A stretch of DNA of 64,000 bases, from positions 576,001 to 640,000 of the forward strand of contig CAWEPZ010000011.1 of the NCBI GenBank assembly GCA_963811105.1. The letters run 5' to 3'. Below the pieces are notes generated by a model. It searched no databases, was not told the DNA's origin, and saw only the letters and a list, made by a program, of their open reading frames with translations. This stretch comes from Candidatus Bathyarchaeota archaeon. GTDB lineage: Archaea; Thermoproteota; Bathyarchaeia; Bathyarchaeales; Bathycorpusculaceae. The position numbers were made by a program, and so were the translations under genes. Positions 39,042 through 49,641 of the stretch are shown here, one piece after another; within the stretch, counting starts at the first letter, position 1; each line of letters begins with the position of its first letter.

Positions 39042-39371
39042 TTGGGTAAGACTGTTCCTTCGTATCGGATGGCTTTGGAGTTTGAGATTCGTAGGTGGAA
39101 AGGATTTAGAAATGCTTTGCCAAACGAGAAGGCACGAGTTGCCTTTGATGAGCTGATGGATATGTGCAGGGATAATGGGATGGCAAGCGGGGAAGCGTGT
39201 AACCCAATACTCTTTGAGCTTATCGTTATGTCTATTCTGTTGGCTCAACAAAAGAAATTGCGTGAACTCGAGCACAAACTAAACGATGTGCTTTTGCAAA
39301 AAATAAGCACACAACCTCATCGGAGAGTAAAAGCAAACAATAAAGTCCACGCTACAACTGAAACAAAATGA
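39042..39371 (+). CDS. Small helical protein of the MG(K/R)TVPS family (arCOG07300-like, usually PolB2-associated)
   Basis: MGKTVPSYRMALEFEIRRWKGFRNAL...AFDELMDMCR; family link from memory, unverified. Confidence 0.6.
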   Translation: MGKTVPSYRMALEFEIRRWKGFRNALPNEKARVAFDELMDMCRDNGMASGEACNPILFELIVMSILLAQQKKLRELEHKLNDVLLQKISTQPHRRVKANNKVHATTETK

Positions 39372-39526
39372 AGATGATGAAAAATGTTCTGTAAAGTCTT
39401 CGTCTGTTTGTTTTTCCCCTCAAAAATCGTCTAGCTTAAGACTAAACAGTTGTAGTCTCATTTTGTACCAACAAACCTTCATAATAGCTTTTTATATTTC
39501 TTAATGAAGATGGAAGTCAATACTGT

Positions 39527-39652
39527 TTGGCTAAATGTCCTAAATGTGGCAAAGAAGTTTCCAAACCTGACAAATCTTTAAAAAACAGCGTTTTCCACAT
39601 TGAAGCCTACACATGCAGGAACTGTTGCACCCACTTCAAAGTATCAGAATAA
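39527..39652 (+). CDS. Zn-ribbon microprotein (41 aa)
   Basis: MAKCPKCGKEVSKPDKSLKNSVFHIEAYTCRNCCTHFKVSE*. Confidence 0.65.
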   Translation: MAKCPKCGKEVSKPDKSLKNSVFHIEAYTCRNCCTHFKVSE

Positions 39653-39654
39653 CG

Positions 39655-39864
39655 TTAGGGATTGTAAATAATTAAGTAATTTTTGTTCACTTCTATTGAA
39701 AACCTATTCTTGAGAAATAAACCGATTTCTCGAAGGCTATAATTGCCTCTGATTTTAAGTTGAAATTTTTCAGGATTTCTTTGTTCAAGAATAACAAAGC
39801 TCAGGTCAACAAGTTGGCTAGCGCCTAATTCACTTAACAGCGCAATCGCTTCTTTCCTATTCAT
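39655..39864 (-). CDS. Hypothetical protein (69 aa)
   Basis: MNRKEAIALLSEL...; GAGGGA RBS before ATG 39864. Confidence 0.6.
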   Translation of the reverse strand: MNRKEAIALLSELGASQLVDLSFVILEQRNPEKFQLKIRGNYSLREIGLFLKNRFSIEVNKNYLIIYNP

Positions 39865-40461
39865 GTGTTCCCTCTCAAACCACTGTGAACGTACGATTCT
39901 AATAACACTTTGCATTCAATCGCTTATTTCTCTAGCGAAGGTCTATCAAGGAGAGTGTGGCAGTCACCGGAGAAAACGAGAAGGGTGTGTTTGAAGCGTT
40001 AGACTTTCCCTACCCATTGCCTACTGAGCGGGAGATAATTGACGGCAAACCGATTGGCTACTGCCAGAAAAACTGTATACAAACTTGAAAAGAAACTACG
40101 TGGGTGCGAAGTGAGCTAAAGAGTTTGCGCCCTACAACAGAGAGGGTCTTTGCTTTCTTGCTCCATCAAACCTTCTGCAGTTCTTCTTATCAGAAATAGA
40201 CATAGATTGAAAAAACAAAATTAGAGCAAATAGGAAATAAAAAGGAAATCTATATTTTAAAAGGCTTTCTGGGTTCGAACTGATTGCTATTTTAGTTGCG
40301 GTTAATTAGTGAATTGAGAATAGAGCACGGGCCTGTAATGTGTTTTTTTTTAGGCTGCCTTTTCCCTATCAGCTTCTTGTATGACCGAAATAATGCCTTA
40401 AAGCCATCCATTTGACACAATTTTTATATTAAACCAACGATAAACCTCAACAGGGAGCAAA

Positions 40462-41334
40462 ACGAGCACTGAAAGTTATCGCTTCAAAGTAGGGAATTTT
40501 GAATGCTTGGCTGTCAGCGACGGCACCTTCACATACGCACCCCCCACTTTCCCGCCCCCTGCTACCTTTCTTTTCGCCAATGCACCAAAAGAACGTCTCA
40601 CCCAAAAACTTCTTGAACACAACCTCCAGCAAAAACAGTGGGTAGAGTGGATAAGTCCGTACATCTGTCTGGTGATAAACACGGGTGAACATTGCGTGCT
40701 GGTAGATACAGGTGCAGGTGGTCTTGGCCAAAACACTGGAAAACTTCTTCAAAACCTGCACTTGAATGGGATTTCACCAGGGAAAATTGACACAGTTATC
40801 CTCACGCATGGACATCCAGACCACATCGGCGGGAACACCAATAATGAAGGAAAACTAATCTTCCCCAACGCTCGCTTCGTTATGTGGAAAGGTGAATGGG
40901 ATTTCTGGAGCTCGGAACGGGCGAAACTGGAGCTTAATGAACAAGGAAAAGAAATCCTCCTCGCCTTCGCGCGCAAGAACCTGCCTCCGCTCCAGAGTCA
41001 GCTCGACCTCGTTGACCATGAAACGGAAATCATGCCTGGTATCCGAGCTGTTGCAGCGCCTGGTCACACTTTTGGTCACATGGCGCTGGCCATTTCCTCG
41101 GAGAGTGAAAAATTGCTTGTGTTTTCCGATGCGTTTCTTCATCCCCTTCATATAGAGCAGCCTCACTGGCATGCTACCGTCGACTTTGATCCTCAGCAGG
41201 TTATGGCCACGAGGCGTCGACTTCTCAACTTGGCCGCAATCGATAAGACCTTAGTGCTTGCCTTTCACTTTCCCTTCCCAGGCTTAGGCCATATTGTCAG
41301 GAAAGGAGAGCAATGGCGATGGCAACCAATCTAA
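40462..41334 (+). CDS. MBL-fold metallo-hydrolase; natural start appears to be ACG at 40462
   Basis: LVDTG, THGHPDHIGG, PGHTFGH, FHFPFPG; upstream in-frame (M)STESYRFKVGNFECLAVSDG after GGGAG. Confidence 0.85.
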   Translation, partial: TSTESYRFKVGNFECLAVSDGTFTYAPPTFPPPATFLFANAPKERLTQKLLEHNLQQKQWVEWISPYICLVINTGEHCVLVDTGAGGLGQNTGKLLQNLHLNGISPGKIDTVILTHGHPDHIGGNTNNEGKLIFPNARFVMWKGEWDFWSSERAKLELNEQGKEILLAFARKNLPPLQSQLDLVDHETEIMPGIRAVAAPGHTFGHMALAISSESEKLLVFSDAFLHPLHIEQPHWHATVDFDPQQVMATRRRLLNLAAIDKTLVLAFHFPFPGLGHIVRKGEQWRWQPI

Positions 41335-41511
41335 ATGATGGATTAGGCTCTGGCCTCAATCTTGAATTCACTCGGGCTGCCTTGCCCCGAAATTATGTGT
41401 TGAAGTAGGTTGGTGAGACACGCTAGTTAGCCTGAAGCATACTACCTTTTCTTCTAGCTATTTCCTTTTGATCTTAATTCTGTACGAATGAAAACATCTC
41501 GCTTAGGATTA

Positions 41512-41555
41512 GTAGATGATGATCGGAGTGAAAAAAACAACCGATCATCACCTAC
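41512..41555. repeat. Inverted repeat (14/15 bp arms)
   Basis: GTAGaTGATGATCGG-N14-CCGATCATCAcCTAC. Confidence 0.6.
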
Positions 41556-42320
41556 CCTCACTAAGTTAGTTTTGCCAATTGAGTCCTGCAGACGAAGGTC
41601 TACTTACTATGGAAGAAAAAATTATCTAACTTGAGCAATATTGCTTAAGTAAAGCAACTTGAATTAAAAGCGTTAATATGCGTATGTTATGGAGAAAAGG
41701 CCTGCTGACATTATTACTGAAGCCCGAAAACTGGACAGGATGAGAATGGAGCAGGCGGTACTTGGATCAATTGGCTTTGGTAAAAAAGACATCAACCGCT
41801 TCTATGAAAACCTATCACCCTTTCCGACCTCAGCGCTTCAAGAGCTACGAGCGTGAAGAAAGAAACCATCTAAATGGAATCGAAATGCTTTATAAAAGAT
41901 GACCTGAATAGAGTGAGATAATAGGCGGGTTTATTGAAGGGGTTTGCTGTTTTTTCTATGTAGTTTTTGATTTCTTGTAGTATGCAGGAGTGTAGGTTGG
42001 GAGTTGGATTTTGAATTTTCTGTTTTGGAACTGCGTATCATTCCGCAGCAAGGTGACTCAATCTATCGGCGAGATGGATTCGCAATAACCTATGCATGCA
42101 CTTGACTGCCATGCAGCCCTAAAGCAGCAAGTTAGGGATCCTAACATTGACGTCCTAGATTTCGCCAGTTGAATCTCAGTCTAGGCAATCCCCAAACTTG
42201 ACTGTTAAGACATTTGGAACATACGATTTTCTTATACATATTCGACAAGAAATTGTCTTTTTCGGCACGTAACCCTTTTATCGATCAATGGTAACCCTCG
42301 TCTTAAAAGTGGCCGTTCAA

Positions 42321-42467
42321 ATGGTCAAATGCCCTAGATGCCGAAAAGAATTCGCTAAATTAAAAAGTAGACATGAAAGCGACTATTTCTCATTGAAATA
42401 TTACTCTTGTGATAAATGCAGGCACATTTTCAAAGTAGCCCGCGTTAAATATCCAACCAGTCTATAA
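42321..42467 (+). CDS. Zn-ribbon microprotein (48 aa), paralog of 39527
   Basis: MVKCPRCRKEFAK...YYSCDKCRHIFKV. Confidence 0.6.
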   Translation: MVKCPRCRKEFAKLKSRHESDYFSLKYYSCDKCRHIFKVARVKYPTSL

Positions 42468-43080
42468 AGAGCAGCTCAGTCTAAGTTGTAGAACAACGTG
42501 ATAACAAAAGACGCAATAAAGTTTTTATTTTCAAATGAAGATATTTGTTATAGCCATGAAGAACCAAAAGAAGAACCGTAAAGAAAGACGCAAAGAAATT
42601 CTGGCCGAAATTCTGAATCCACGAAGTCTTTAGCGGCTAATAAAATATTAACTTCTTCAAAGAAGAGCAAGCCTTAAGGTTCTGGCAAAGGCTGTAGATA
42701 GTAGATTTGCTAAATCTCGTTACAGAATACCGCAAAATCGCTCGGTATTACGCTGCTTAATTCAGACAGCTCATTTCTCTTATTACTATTCGCTACAAGG
42801 GAAATATTGTCCATCTACAATTCAATCTAAAAAAATTGTCAATTATTACGTACTTGACCGTCGCACAAAAACATTCAGAGCTCAGGCCAACTTTATTGAT
42901 TGTTTTCTGCGCCTTTTAGAATTCTATTCACGGAATCCTTAGGCTTTACTTTCAGCATACCCTCCACTGCTTGGTAATGTCTTTTTTGAATTCGCTTTAT
43001 ATGCTGTTTTTGCTGATGCTTGTGCCGCACGGGATTAGCTATGATTAAGGTTTTCAGATTGTTTGGAGGCGTAGAAGGTT

Positions 43081-43443
43081 ATGGGTAAGAGTGTTGAGTC
43101 TTTCAGGATGGCTTTGGAGGGAGAGATTAGCCGGTGGAGTGGCTTTGCTAGAGCGTTGCGTAAGCCTGAGCGGGAAGCTTTTGATTCACTCATGGATATT
43201 TGCAGGAGTTACGCTTCGGAAAGTAGCAATACGACTAATCCCATAGTCTTTGAGCCCATGGTTATGTCTATTCTACTCTTTCAACAAAGACGGATAAGGA
43301 AGCTGGAGACGGTGCTGCAAGAAATCAAACCTGACATAACAATTCCCACAGAAAGCCAAGAGCATAACAATACAACTGATGCTAAGCCTGAAAATGACGT
43401 TCAAAAAGCTCCAAGCGGAGATGGACAATCACAGTTGTTCTAA
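43081..43443 (+). CDS. MGKSVES-family small protein (paralog of 39042)
   Basis: MGKSVESFRMALEGEISRWSGFARALRKPEREAFD.LMDICR...NPIVFEPMVMSILL; GGAGG RBS. Confidence 0.7.
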   Translation: MGKSVESFRMALEGEISRWSGFARALRKPEREAFDSLMDICRSYASESSNTTNPIVFEPMVMSILLFQQRRIRKLETVLQEIKPDITIPTESQEHNNTTDAKPENDVQKAPSGDGQSQLF

Positions 43444-43795
43444 TCATCAGGCGAGCTGTAAGAAAACCTCTCAAAGGGTGTCAAAGAAGAGCAAGTGGTT
43501 TAGTCAGCTTGAAGATATAGAGTTTGTTTTTCCCAAAGAACACAACAAAATCCTAAGCCACATTCTTAATCAAGACTTTGACTTCGATACCAAATCAGAA
43601 AACAGCACTATAACGCAAGAAAATACTCGCTCCAGGCTTTAAAGACAACCGCTATGGAACCATTAAAAAGAAAACAAGAATTTTGAAGGAAACGGGAACC
43701 TCAAGCAAGCAGGTCTAAGAATGGTTCTGCCTAAATAGTTAACGGCAACTTTCCAAGAATTAAATCACAAAAATGGACATTAACTCCCGAGTTTA

Positions 43796-43811
43796 ATCAA
43801 AGTTTCTTGAC
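43796..43811. repeat. Single class-A box overlapping a stop codon (left end of array)
   Basis: ATCAA agtttc TTGAC encodes VKKL* of the 43797 gene. Confidence 0.75.
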
Positions 43812-44570
43812 TTGAGATGTTCGGTGCGCTTTGAGATGAACAAAGAAAACAACTATAACAAATAAGGTTGCAGCCACTGTGCTTGCAAAGATTAGGATGA
43901 TAGTGGCGGTAGTTGAAGTAGAAGTTTTAGTTAAAGGAACTTGGTTAATGGTTGGTTGTGGAATATAGTTGTTAGGCTCTTTTGGGATTGTCGCTTGAGG
44001 AATTGAATTTGATGTGTAATTTGCGTTTGTAGGCAATGGTTGGGTATCAGGCGTATTTTTTGGTTCTACTGTGAAATCAACAGTGTCTGTCCATATGGCT
44101 TGATAATCTAAGCTTCCTGGACTTACAGGTTTAAAGGCTCCGTTTGGAGGGTTAGGACCGTTTTGATGTACGTCAACCTGAAGAGTTACTACTACTTGAT
44201 GAGGACCTGCGGATAACTCGGGGATATTTACTGATCCTATCGCTTCGTAAACAACGTGTAACTCATTGTTTGGATTGTTAACTGTCCAAGGTATAGACCC
44301 TTCGTCGTTTCCATCTAGGGTATATGTTAGGGTGTACTTCAGGCCCCCAACGGGAAAAGTTACGTTCAGCGTTAACAGATTTGAATCGTAGGTTTCGGAT
44401 CTGGGAAAAGTAATTTGAACTACTTTATAGGGCTGTGTAGTAGAAGCGTGGGCGGGCACAATTGTTTGAGTCCAGAACGCTAACGATATAAGAAATAGTA
44501 AAGGGATTAAAAGAGTGCAGAGTATTTTTTTGTTCGATCTTCCTTGTACTTTTCGCATTAACATCAACAA
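43797..44570 (-). CDS. Secreted Ig-like-domain protein with TM anchor
   Basis: Signal peptide, ITFP..TY, YTLDG, LSAGPH.V.V, C-terminal TM. Confidence 0.75.
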   Translation of the reverse strand: MLMLMRKVQGRSNKKILCTLLIPLLFLISLAFWTQTIVPAHASTTQPYKVVQITFPRSETYDSNLLTLNVTFPVGGLKYTLTYTLDGNDEGSIPWTVNNPNNELHVVYEAIGSVNIPELSAGPHQVVVTLQVDVHQNGPNPPNGAFKPVSPGSLDYQAIWTDTVDFTVEPKNTPDTQPLPTNANYTSNSIPQATIPKEPNNYIPQPTINQVPLTKTSTSTTATIILIFASTVAATLFVIVVFFVHLKAHRTSQVKKL

Positions 44571-44597
44571 GTTGCTAAAGGTGAAGGTCCAATATTA

Positions 44598-44656
44598 CTC
44601 TCCCCCGGGAACAGTCTGTTCCGCTAAAAGAACGCTTAGTTAGTAAGTTTCTTGAC
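44598..44656. repeat. Class-B site plus degenerate class-A box overlapping a stop
   Basis: CTCTCC-N5-GAACA gtc TGTTC cgctaaaa GAAC; then TAGTA agtttc TTGAC encoding SQETY*. Confidence 0.75.
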
Positions 44657-45950
44657 TGGTATCAATGATGTCTAACCAATGTAACAACCGAGAAATTATT
44701 AGAATAAAGGGCAGAATTACTAACCAAGATAATTCTGGAACGGTAGGAGTTGAAGCTGTCGACGTTTGATCTGATGCTATTGGAGCGTTGCTGTCTGCGT
44801 TGAAGTTTATTGTTTGCTCAAATGTTGGGACAGAAGGAGTATTTGCCTCGGATTTAACAGAAATAGTCAGTTTATGAGAACCGTTTGACAGCCCAGTTAG
44901 TGTTATATTGCCATTGAGGGACTTCCAATCAGAAGCTTCAGGTTCACCGGTTGTATCCAAAGCATAATATGACCAAGTAACCTTTGAATCGACGCTATAA
45001 ATTATTGGCACTTGATTAATATTGTAGGTTGCTTGGTTTTGTGGTGAGATAATAGTAAATACTCCGGGTATTTGACCAGCCTGTGTTGGCAAGTTGATTG
45101 GTTGGCTAATTTGGTTGCTTACAGAAAAACGGGTTGCAAAATTTGATGTCATAATGTTGTCCCCGTAATCTGTCCATAGAACCAAAAATATCATCGTGTG
45201 ATTTCCAAGCGATTGAGTTGCTATTGTTCCAGTTAAAACTATGGTGGGATGGTTGGCTGTGTACACTGGAATATACGCCGGTGCGCTACCATTGATTACC
45301 ATTGGCCCATATGGACCCTTGGCTGAGTCTCTGCCTGCGATGGAGATAATGTTTCCTGTATTATCAAGTACATAGCTGACTGAGTATATTTCTCCGCGAA
45401 GTAGACTATTGGTAAACCAAGATGGTGGAATAGTTATGTTTATGGAGTAAGGAATAGGCTGATTTTCTGGAAAAACTTGGGGGTAAGTTGGAATATTAAC
45501 CTTTAGAATTGGAGCATCAGGGTTAAGGGTTGTTGGTCTGCCTACAGGAAACTCGACTCTTGCGCTTCCTTCATTTACCCAAGTTCCATAGTCGTATTTT
45601 ACATATACCATTATTACATGCCAACCATCCGAAAGATTCGGCAAAATTGCTTGGCTAGTAACTGATGAATATGAATAAGCACCTGAGGTGGAAATGCCTT
45701 GGTAGACTGGTGTCATGCTTACATTGGCTTGCCCGTCTACGCTATAAGTAATATATCGGTTCTCTGAACCTTTGAGAGGATCTAAAAACATTGAAGCTGA
45801 AATGTTGAGCAAAACAGGATTTATATTATTACCATAACTCTCAGGTGAAACAATAGTAACTTGCAGAGGACCAGGTTCAAAATTAGCCCATACGCCAACT
45901 ATATTGTATGCTCCCAGAAACATTGAACTGATAACTATTACGGCTAACAT
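44640..45950 (-). CDS. Secreted protein with repeated Ig-like domains and PEF-CTERM-like tail
   Basis: IVSP, YSVDG, LSDGWH/LSNGSH repeats; PTVPELSWLVILP. Confidence 0.75.
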   Translation of the reverse strand: MLAVIVISSMFLGAYNIVGVWANFEPGPLQVTIVSPESYGNNINPVLLNISASMFLDPLKGSENRYITYSVDGQANVSMTPVYQGISTSGAYSYSSVTSQAILPNLSDGWHVIMVYVKYDYGTWVNEGSARVEFPVGRPTTLNPDAPILKVNIPTYPQVFPENQPIPYSINITIPPSWFTNSLLRGEIYSVSYVLDNTGNIISIAGRDSAKGPYGPMVINGSAPAYIPVYTANHPTIVLTGTIATQSLGNHTMIFLVLWTDYGDNIMTSNFATRFSVSNQISQPINLPTQAGQIPGVFTIISPQNQATYNINQVPIIYSVDSKVTWSYYALDTTGEPEASDWKSLNGNITLTGLSNGSHKLTISVKSEANTPSVPTFEQTINFNADSNAPIASDQTSTASTPTVPELSWLVILPFILIISRLLHWLDIIDTSQETY

Positions 45951-46015
45951 TTTTGCATTAATAGTTAACCACCACTATTTTTTCCAATGCTTTGTTGTGG
46001 TTAAAAAGCTTATTC

Positions 46016-46055
46016 GTAAAATTTTCTTGACTATGGTTAGTCAAAGTTTCTTGAC
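46016..46055. repeat. Class-A double-box site
   Basis: GTAAA attttc TTGAC tatggtta GTCAA agtttc TTGAC. Confidence 0.85.
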
Positions 46056-46128
46056 GCAGTTTACTTGGTGGTTTTTCGATGCCTTCTAAGTAGAAGTAAA
46101 GAAGCAACTGCATTTTAAAGGATAAGGC

Positions 46129-47817
46129 CTACTTCACACTTCTTTCCTTGCTTAAAAACACAAACGCAAAAGCAACTACAACCACAACGATAACACTCAT
46201 CAGCACCAAGATGGCAATTTGAACCCAATCTAAACCCAGAAAAACTGCGTGTTGATACCCAGACTGAGTGAATTCGATTGATATTTGATGAGTGCTGTGG
46301 TGATAGCTAAAAGACACGAGCCAAGAATCTCCTTGGGACTGGGTAGTGTAAACTAATTGATTTCCGTCAAGGTAAACCTTGAGATTAGAAGCGTCACTGA
46401 TAAGTGATTTGGGAATATGCACATTAATGTATCCTGTTGTGTCTGAGGAACCGCTGACTGTAAAACTTAATTCTTTGCTTGTGGAGTTGAAGAAAATTTC
46501 TGAAAGAGTGGAATTTGATATTACGGAGAAAGCCAAGTCTTTTTCGTAAGGTGTCACAGCAAAGTTGACTGTAGTGCTTGTTTGAGGATATTGGTCATTT
46601 CCGAGCCATTCAGCTTTGAGCAAGTAATTTCCTGTGACTGTTGGCATCCAAACCGCCAAAAAATCTCCATTGCTATCTGTGTTCAATAGAGTAAGGTCTA
46701 TCCAAGAGTTGCCGCCGTTAACGCTGTAAGATAACTGGATTGATGCGAACGGTACACCTTGTCCATCAGCAATTAAACTACCATTGATGTCTACTTTGAA
46801 GTTCGAAAGTGTTGCAGAGCTTTGGCAAGAAACAATGAGGGTAGGCGTAGAAGGATTTAGATAGGATTGATTTGAACCGACGGTTATGGTGTATGCGGCT
46901 TGCCCTTGGGAAGTCATAACATCTACTATTAGTGGATCTCCTGGACTGACGTTTAGGGGTCCTGTACCATTAATGTTCAATTCTGTCCCGAAGCCTGCTA
47001 AAACTATTTCATGATCTGACCAACTTGTCAAATAAATGCCGATCATGTCCTTGGGCACCCATTGTGAATCCGTGCACCCCGCCTCCCAACTGTTAAAGCC
47101 TGCTTCATCGTATATTCTTATGACCGGAGTGGTTCCCCCGACAACGGTGTCGACGGATCCATCGCTTAGATTCATAAGTTGAGGCGAAATATTCCCAAAA
47201 CCATCGCCACTTATTATTATTGTTTGTATCCGAGTAGCTGCAATGTGGCTAATTGAAGATATTTCTGGTGTTGCTCCGGATGATCCAGGCAGATTTTGGC
47301 CTGTTGAACCAACAACATCTGTGTAAATTGCTTGTCCATTGGTAGTTTGCACTGCTATCAGCATTGGATCGCCTAAAGATAGGGTCCATTGTCCAGTACC
47401 GTTTATGCTTAGTGCCGTTCCAAAGCCGCCTAAGACAATGTCCGTGTCTGACCAACTCACTAATATGACGCCAATACTATCCGCACCCGTATTTGGAGTA
47501 TCTTGTACACCTGCTTCCCAACTGCTCGAACCGCCTTCATCATAAAACCTTATGACTGGAGTAGTGCCTCCACCGACAGTATCTACAGATCCGTCCCCCA
47601 GATTGAAGAGTTGAGGTTGAATTTTGCCGAAACCGCTACCGTGAATAAATATGGTCTGTATTCTGGTTGCTTCAATCGTGCTTACCGAGGAAATTTTTGG
47701 TGTACCGCTTTGAGACCCCACAAAATCTGCAGTACCGAAAGAAGCCAAGCCGCTAACCATAAAAGCTATCAAGAAAATGCATAGGAATGACTTCTCCATA
47801 GCTATAACCACAATCAA
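46129..47817 (-). CDS. Secreted protein: two tandem IPT/TIG-like repeats + shared Ig/C-terminal module + TM
   Basis: Duplicated P.ISS...ATRIQTI.I.G.GFG...GSVDTV.GGTTPVIR.YDE...SWSD..IVL.GFGT. Confidence 0.75.
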   Translation of the reverse strand: MIVVIAMEKSFLCIFLIAFMVSGLASFGTADFVGSQSGTPKISSVSTIEATRIQTIFIHGSGFGKIQPQLFNLGDGSVDTVGGGTTPVIRFYDEGGSSSWEAGVQDTPNTGADSIGVILVSWSDTDIVLGGFGTALSINGTGQWTLSLGDPMLIAVQTTNGQAIYTDVVGSTGQNLPGSSGATPEISSISHIAATRIQTIIISGDGFGNISPQLMNLSDGSVDTVVGGTTPVIRIYDEAGFNSWEAGCTDSQWVPKDMIGIYLTSWSDHEIVLAGFGTELNINGTGPLNVSPGDPLIVDVMTSQGQAAYTITVGSNQSYLNPSTPTLIVSCQSSATLSNFKVDINGSLIADGQGVPFASIQLSYSVNGGNSWIDLTLLNTDSNGDFLAVWMPTVTGNYLLKAEWLGNDQYPQTSTTVNFAVTPYEKDLAFSVISNSTLSEIFFNSTSKELSFTVSGSSDTTGYINVHIPKSLISDASNLKVYLDGNQLVYTTQSQGDSWLVSFSYHHSTHQISIEFTQSGYQHAVFLGLDWVQIAILVLMSVIVVVVVAFAFVFLSKERSVK

Positions 47818-47847
47818 AACAAATGTATTATCGATAAAAGCATTCTC

Positions 47848-47887
47848 ATCAAATATTCTTGACTAATATTAGTCAAATTTTCTTGAC
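47848..47887. repeat. Class-A double-box site
   Basis: ATCAA atattc TTGAC taatatta GTCAA attttc TTGAC, 12 bp from the stop at 47900. Confidence 0.85.
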
Positions 47888-47899
47888 TGGTTTTTTGTG

Positions 47900-48895
47900 T
47901 CAAACATTTCCTTGTAGTCTCTTTCTAACCGTAATCAGAGCAATTGGAATGGAGAGTAGTAAGGGTAGGATTGTCAACCAAGAAAACTCTGGAATTGTGG
48001 GGGAAGATGGTAAGGTATAGTTATAGGGTTTAATCAGAGGATATCTGTCGATTACTTGTGGAGCGGCCTCGCTAACATACGTAATATTGCCTATACCTGA
48101 ATAGCTTATTTCAACTGCTTGAGGATATCTTCTTGCATAGTCATTCCAGTAGTTGCCTTCAACTCCATTGTCCCAGGGTTTAGTATTAGCAGATTTTGGA
48201 AAGAGCAGAGTTCCAAATGTGAGTACCTCAACGTTGAGGAAATTGTTGTGGTAAACTTGAAATTCGCTAGTTTGTGTACTGATAAAGAAGGTTGTGAGTC
48301 TGCTAAAAGTTATGTTATTAGATTCAATTTTTAGTGCTGTACAATTAGTTATCCAAAAGCCAGTTGCATAATCACCTAGCACTATTTGATTTTGAGATAT
48401 TGTATTGTTGTTTCCTACTATCCGTTCTGGGCCAATTTGATTTCCTATTATTTTGTAATTACTGGCGTATACTGCAACATCATAAATATTATTGGAAAAG
48501 TAGTTGGACTGAATTGTATTGTTATCAGAAGCTCCTATTACTCCTAAACTCCAGTTAAAGATGTGAAAATTGAAAATAGTGACATTGGTACAAGCCAAGT
48601 ATATGGCAGCCATATTGTAAGTTTCCCTTCCAGGTCCTTGAAGGTTAAGACCAGAACCGTTTAGAATAATGTTGTTACGTTGAATTGTGATATTGCAGTT
48701 TTGAATGTTATCAGTTAAGGTATAGATGCTTCCATTATGTTGAATAGGTGCTGTTGAAGGCTCAATGGTTCCATCTGACGTTATGTAAATGGGAGAAACA
48801 TCAGAAGGATTCAAAGAATTAGCTCTAGATACATCTAACCTCAAAGCTGACAAAACTACAAAAAGAATCAGCAAAGAAACTAACGCTTTCTTCAT
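47900..48895 (-). CDS. NosD/CASH right-handed beta-helix protein with PEF-CTERM-like tail
   Basis: IYITSDG.I.P.TAPI...G.IYTLT, NNTI repeats, WDNGVEGNYWNDY, DRYPL, IPEFSWL+TM+RKR. Confidence 0.8.
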   Translation of the reverse strand: MKKALVSLLILFVVLSALRLDVSRANSLNPSDVSPIYITSDGTIEPSTAPIQHNGSIYTLTDNIQNCNITIQRNNIILNGSGLNLQGPGRETYNMAAIYLACTNVTIFNFHIFNWSLGVIGASDNNTIQSNYFSNNIYDVAVYASNYKIIGNQIGPERIVGNNNTISQNQIVLGDYATGFWITNCTALKIESNNITFSRLTTFFISTQTSEFQVYHNNFLNVEVLTFGTLLFPKSANTKPWDNGVEGNYWNDYARRYPQAVEISYSGIGNITYVSEAAPQVIDRYPLIKPYNYTLPSSPTIPEFSWLTILPLLLSIPIALITVRKRLQGNV

Positions 48896-49551
48896 CTTAT
48901 TCGATGCCTTCTATAGATAGTAAGAGCAACAACCCCAATGGAAGGGGCAGCTATAACTAATGATAATATGGTGAAGAATTCAGCGTCTTTAGGTAACAAT
49001 TCACCATCAGGCTTCTCTGTTATATTGGAATTTTGAGAAATAGTGAAATTAACTGAAGCTTTGTCTAAACTCTGAATGCTTCTTATCCGTGGGTTAAGAC
49101 TGTCTGGCTTAACATCTAATCGTAAGAAATGAGTTCCTTCTGAAATATTATGCAGAGTTGTAGTGTAGTTTAGCCACGTGTTGCTATACCAGCATGGATT
49201 TACAAGAGAACAAAAAGCCTCATGTCCGCCAACTGAAACAAGAGTCATATTTTGGCGGTCAGAACCATCTAAACTATAAATACAACTGATATTTTGGTAA
49301 GGAACATAATGCGTATTTGGCTCAGACTCAATTCCTCCTATATGCAAACCTGCGTTTACAACAATATCAGAATCTGTATACGTGAAGTTTTCAATCGGTG
49401 AGGTTATAGCTATTTGACCAGAAAGTTCATCATAATTAAAAGGAATTGCAGCGTTTGGCGAATAGCAGGAACCAAAATTTAACGCTAGAACTGGAAAAAT
49501 AAATCCGACAAGAAACAAAAGTAATATTTTCTTATCCACAATCATCATCAA
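48892..49551 (-). CDS. Secreted Ig-like-domain protein with TM anchor
   Basis: IAITSP.EN.TY, YSLDG, ISEGTH; overlaps the downstream gene by 4 nt. Confidence 0.75.
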   Translation of the reverse strand: MMMIVDKKILLLFLVGFIFPVLALNFGSCYSPNAAIPFNYDELSGQIAITSPIENFTYTDSDIVVNAGLHIGGIESEPNTHYVPYQNISCIYSLDGSDRQNMTLVSVGGHEAFCSLVNPCWYSNTWLNYTTTLHNISEGTHFLRLDVKPDSLNPRIRSIQSLDKASVNFTISQNSNITEKPDGELLPKDAEFFTILSLVIAAPSIGVVALTIYRRHRIR

Positions 49552-49579
49552 TATTATTCAGGTATTTTCTTGGTTATAA

Positions 49580-49637
49580 CTCTCCTGAAAGAACAAGGTG
49601 TTCCGCTAAAAGAACGGTTAGTCAAAAGTTTGTTGAC
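49580..49637. repeat. Class-B site plus class-A box
   Basis: CTCTCC-N5-GAACA agg TGTTC cgctaaaa GAAC ggtta GTCAA aagtttg TTGAC; stop of the next gene at 49642. Confidence 0.8.
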
Positions 49638-49641
49638 CTGA

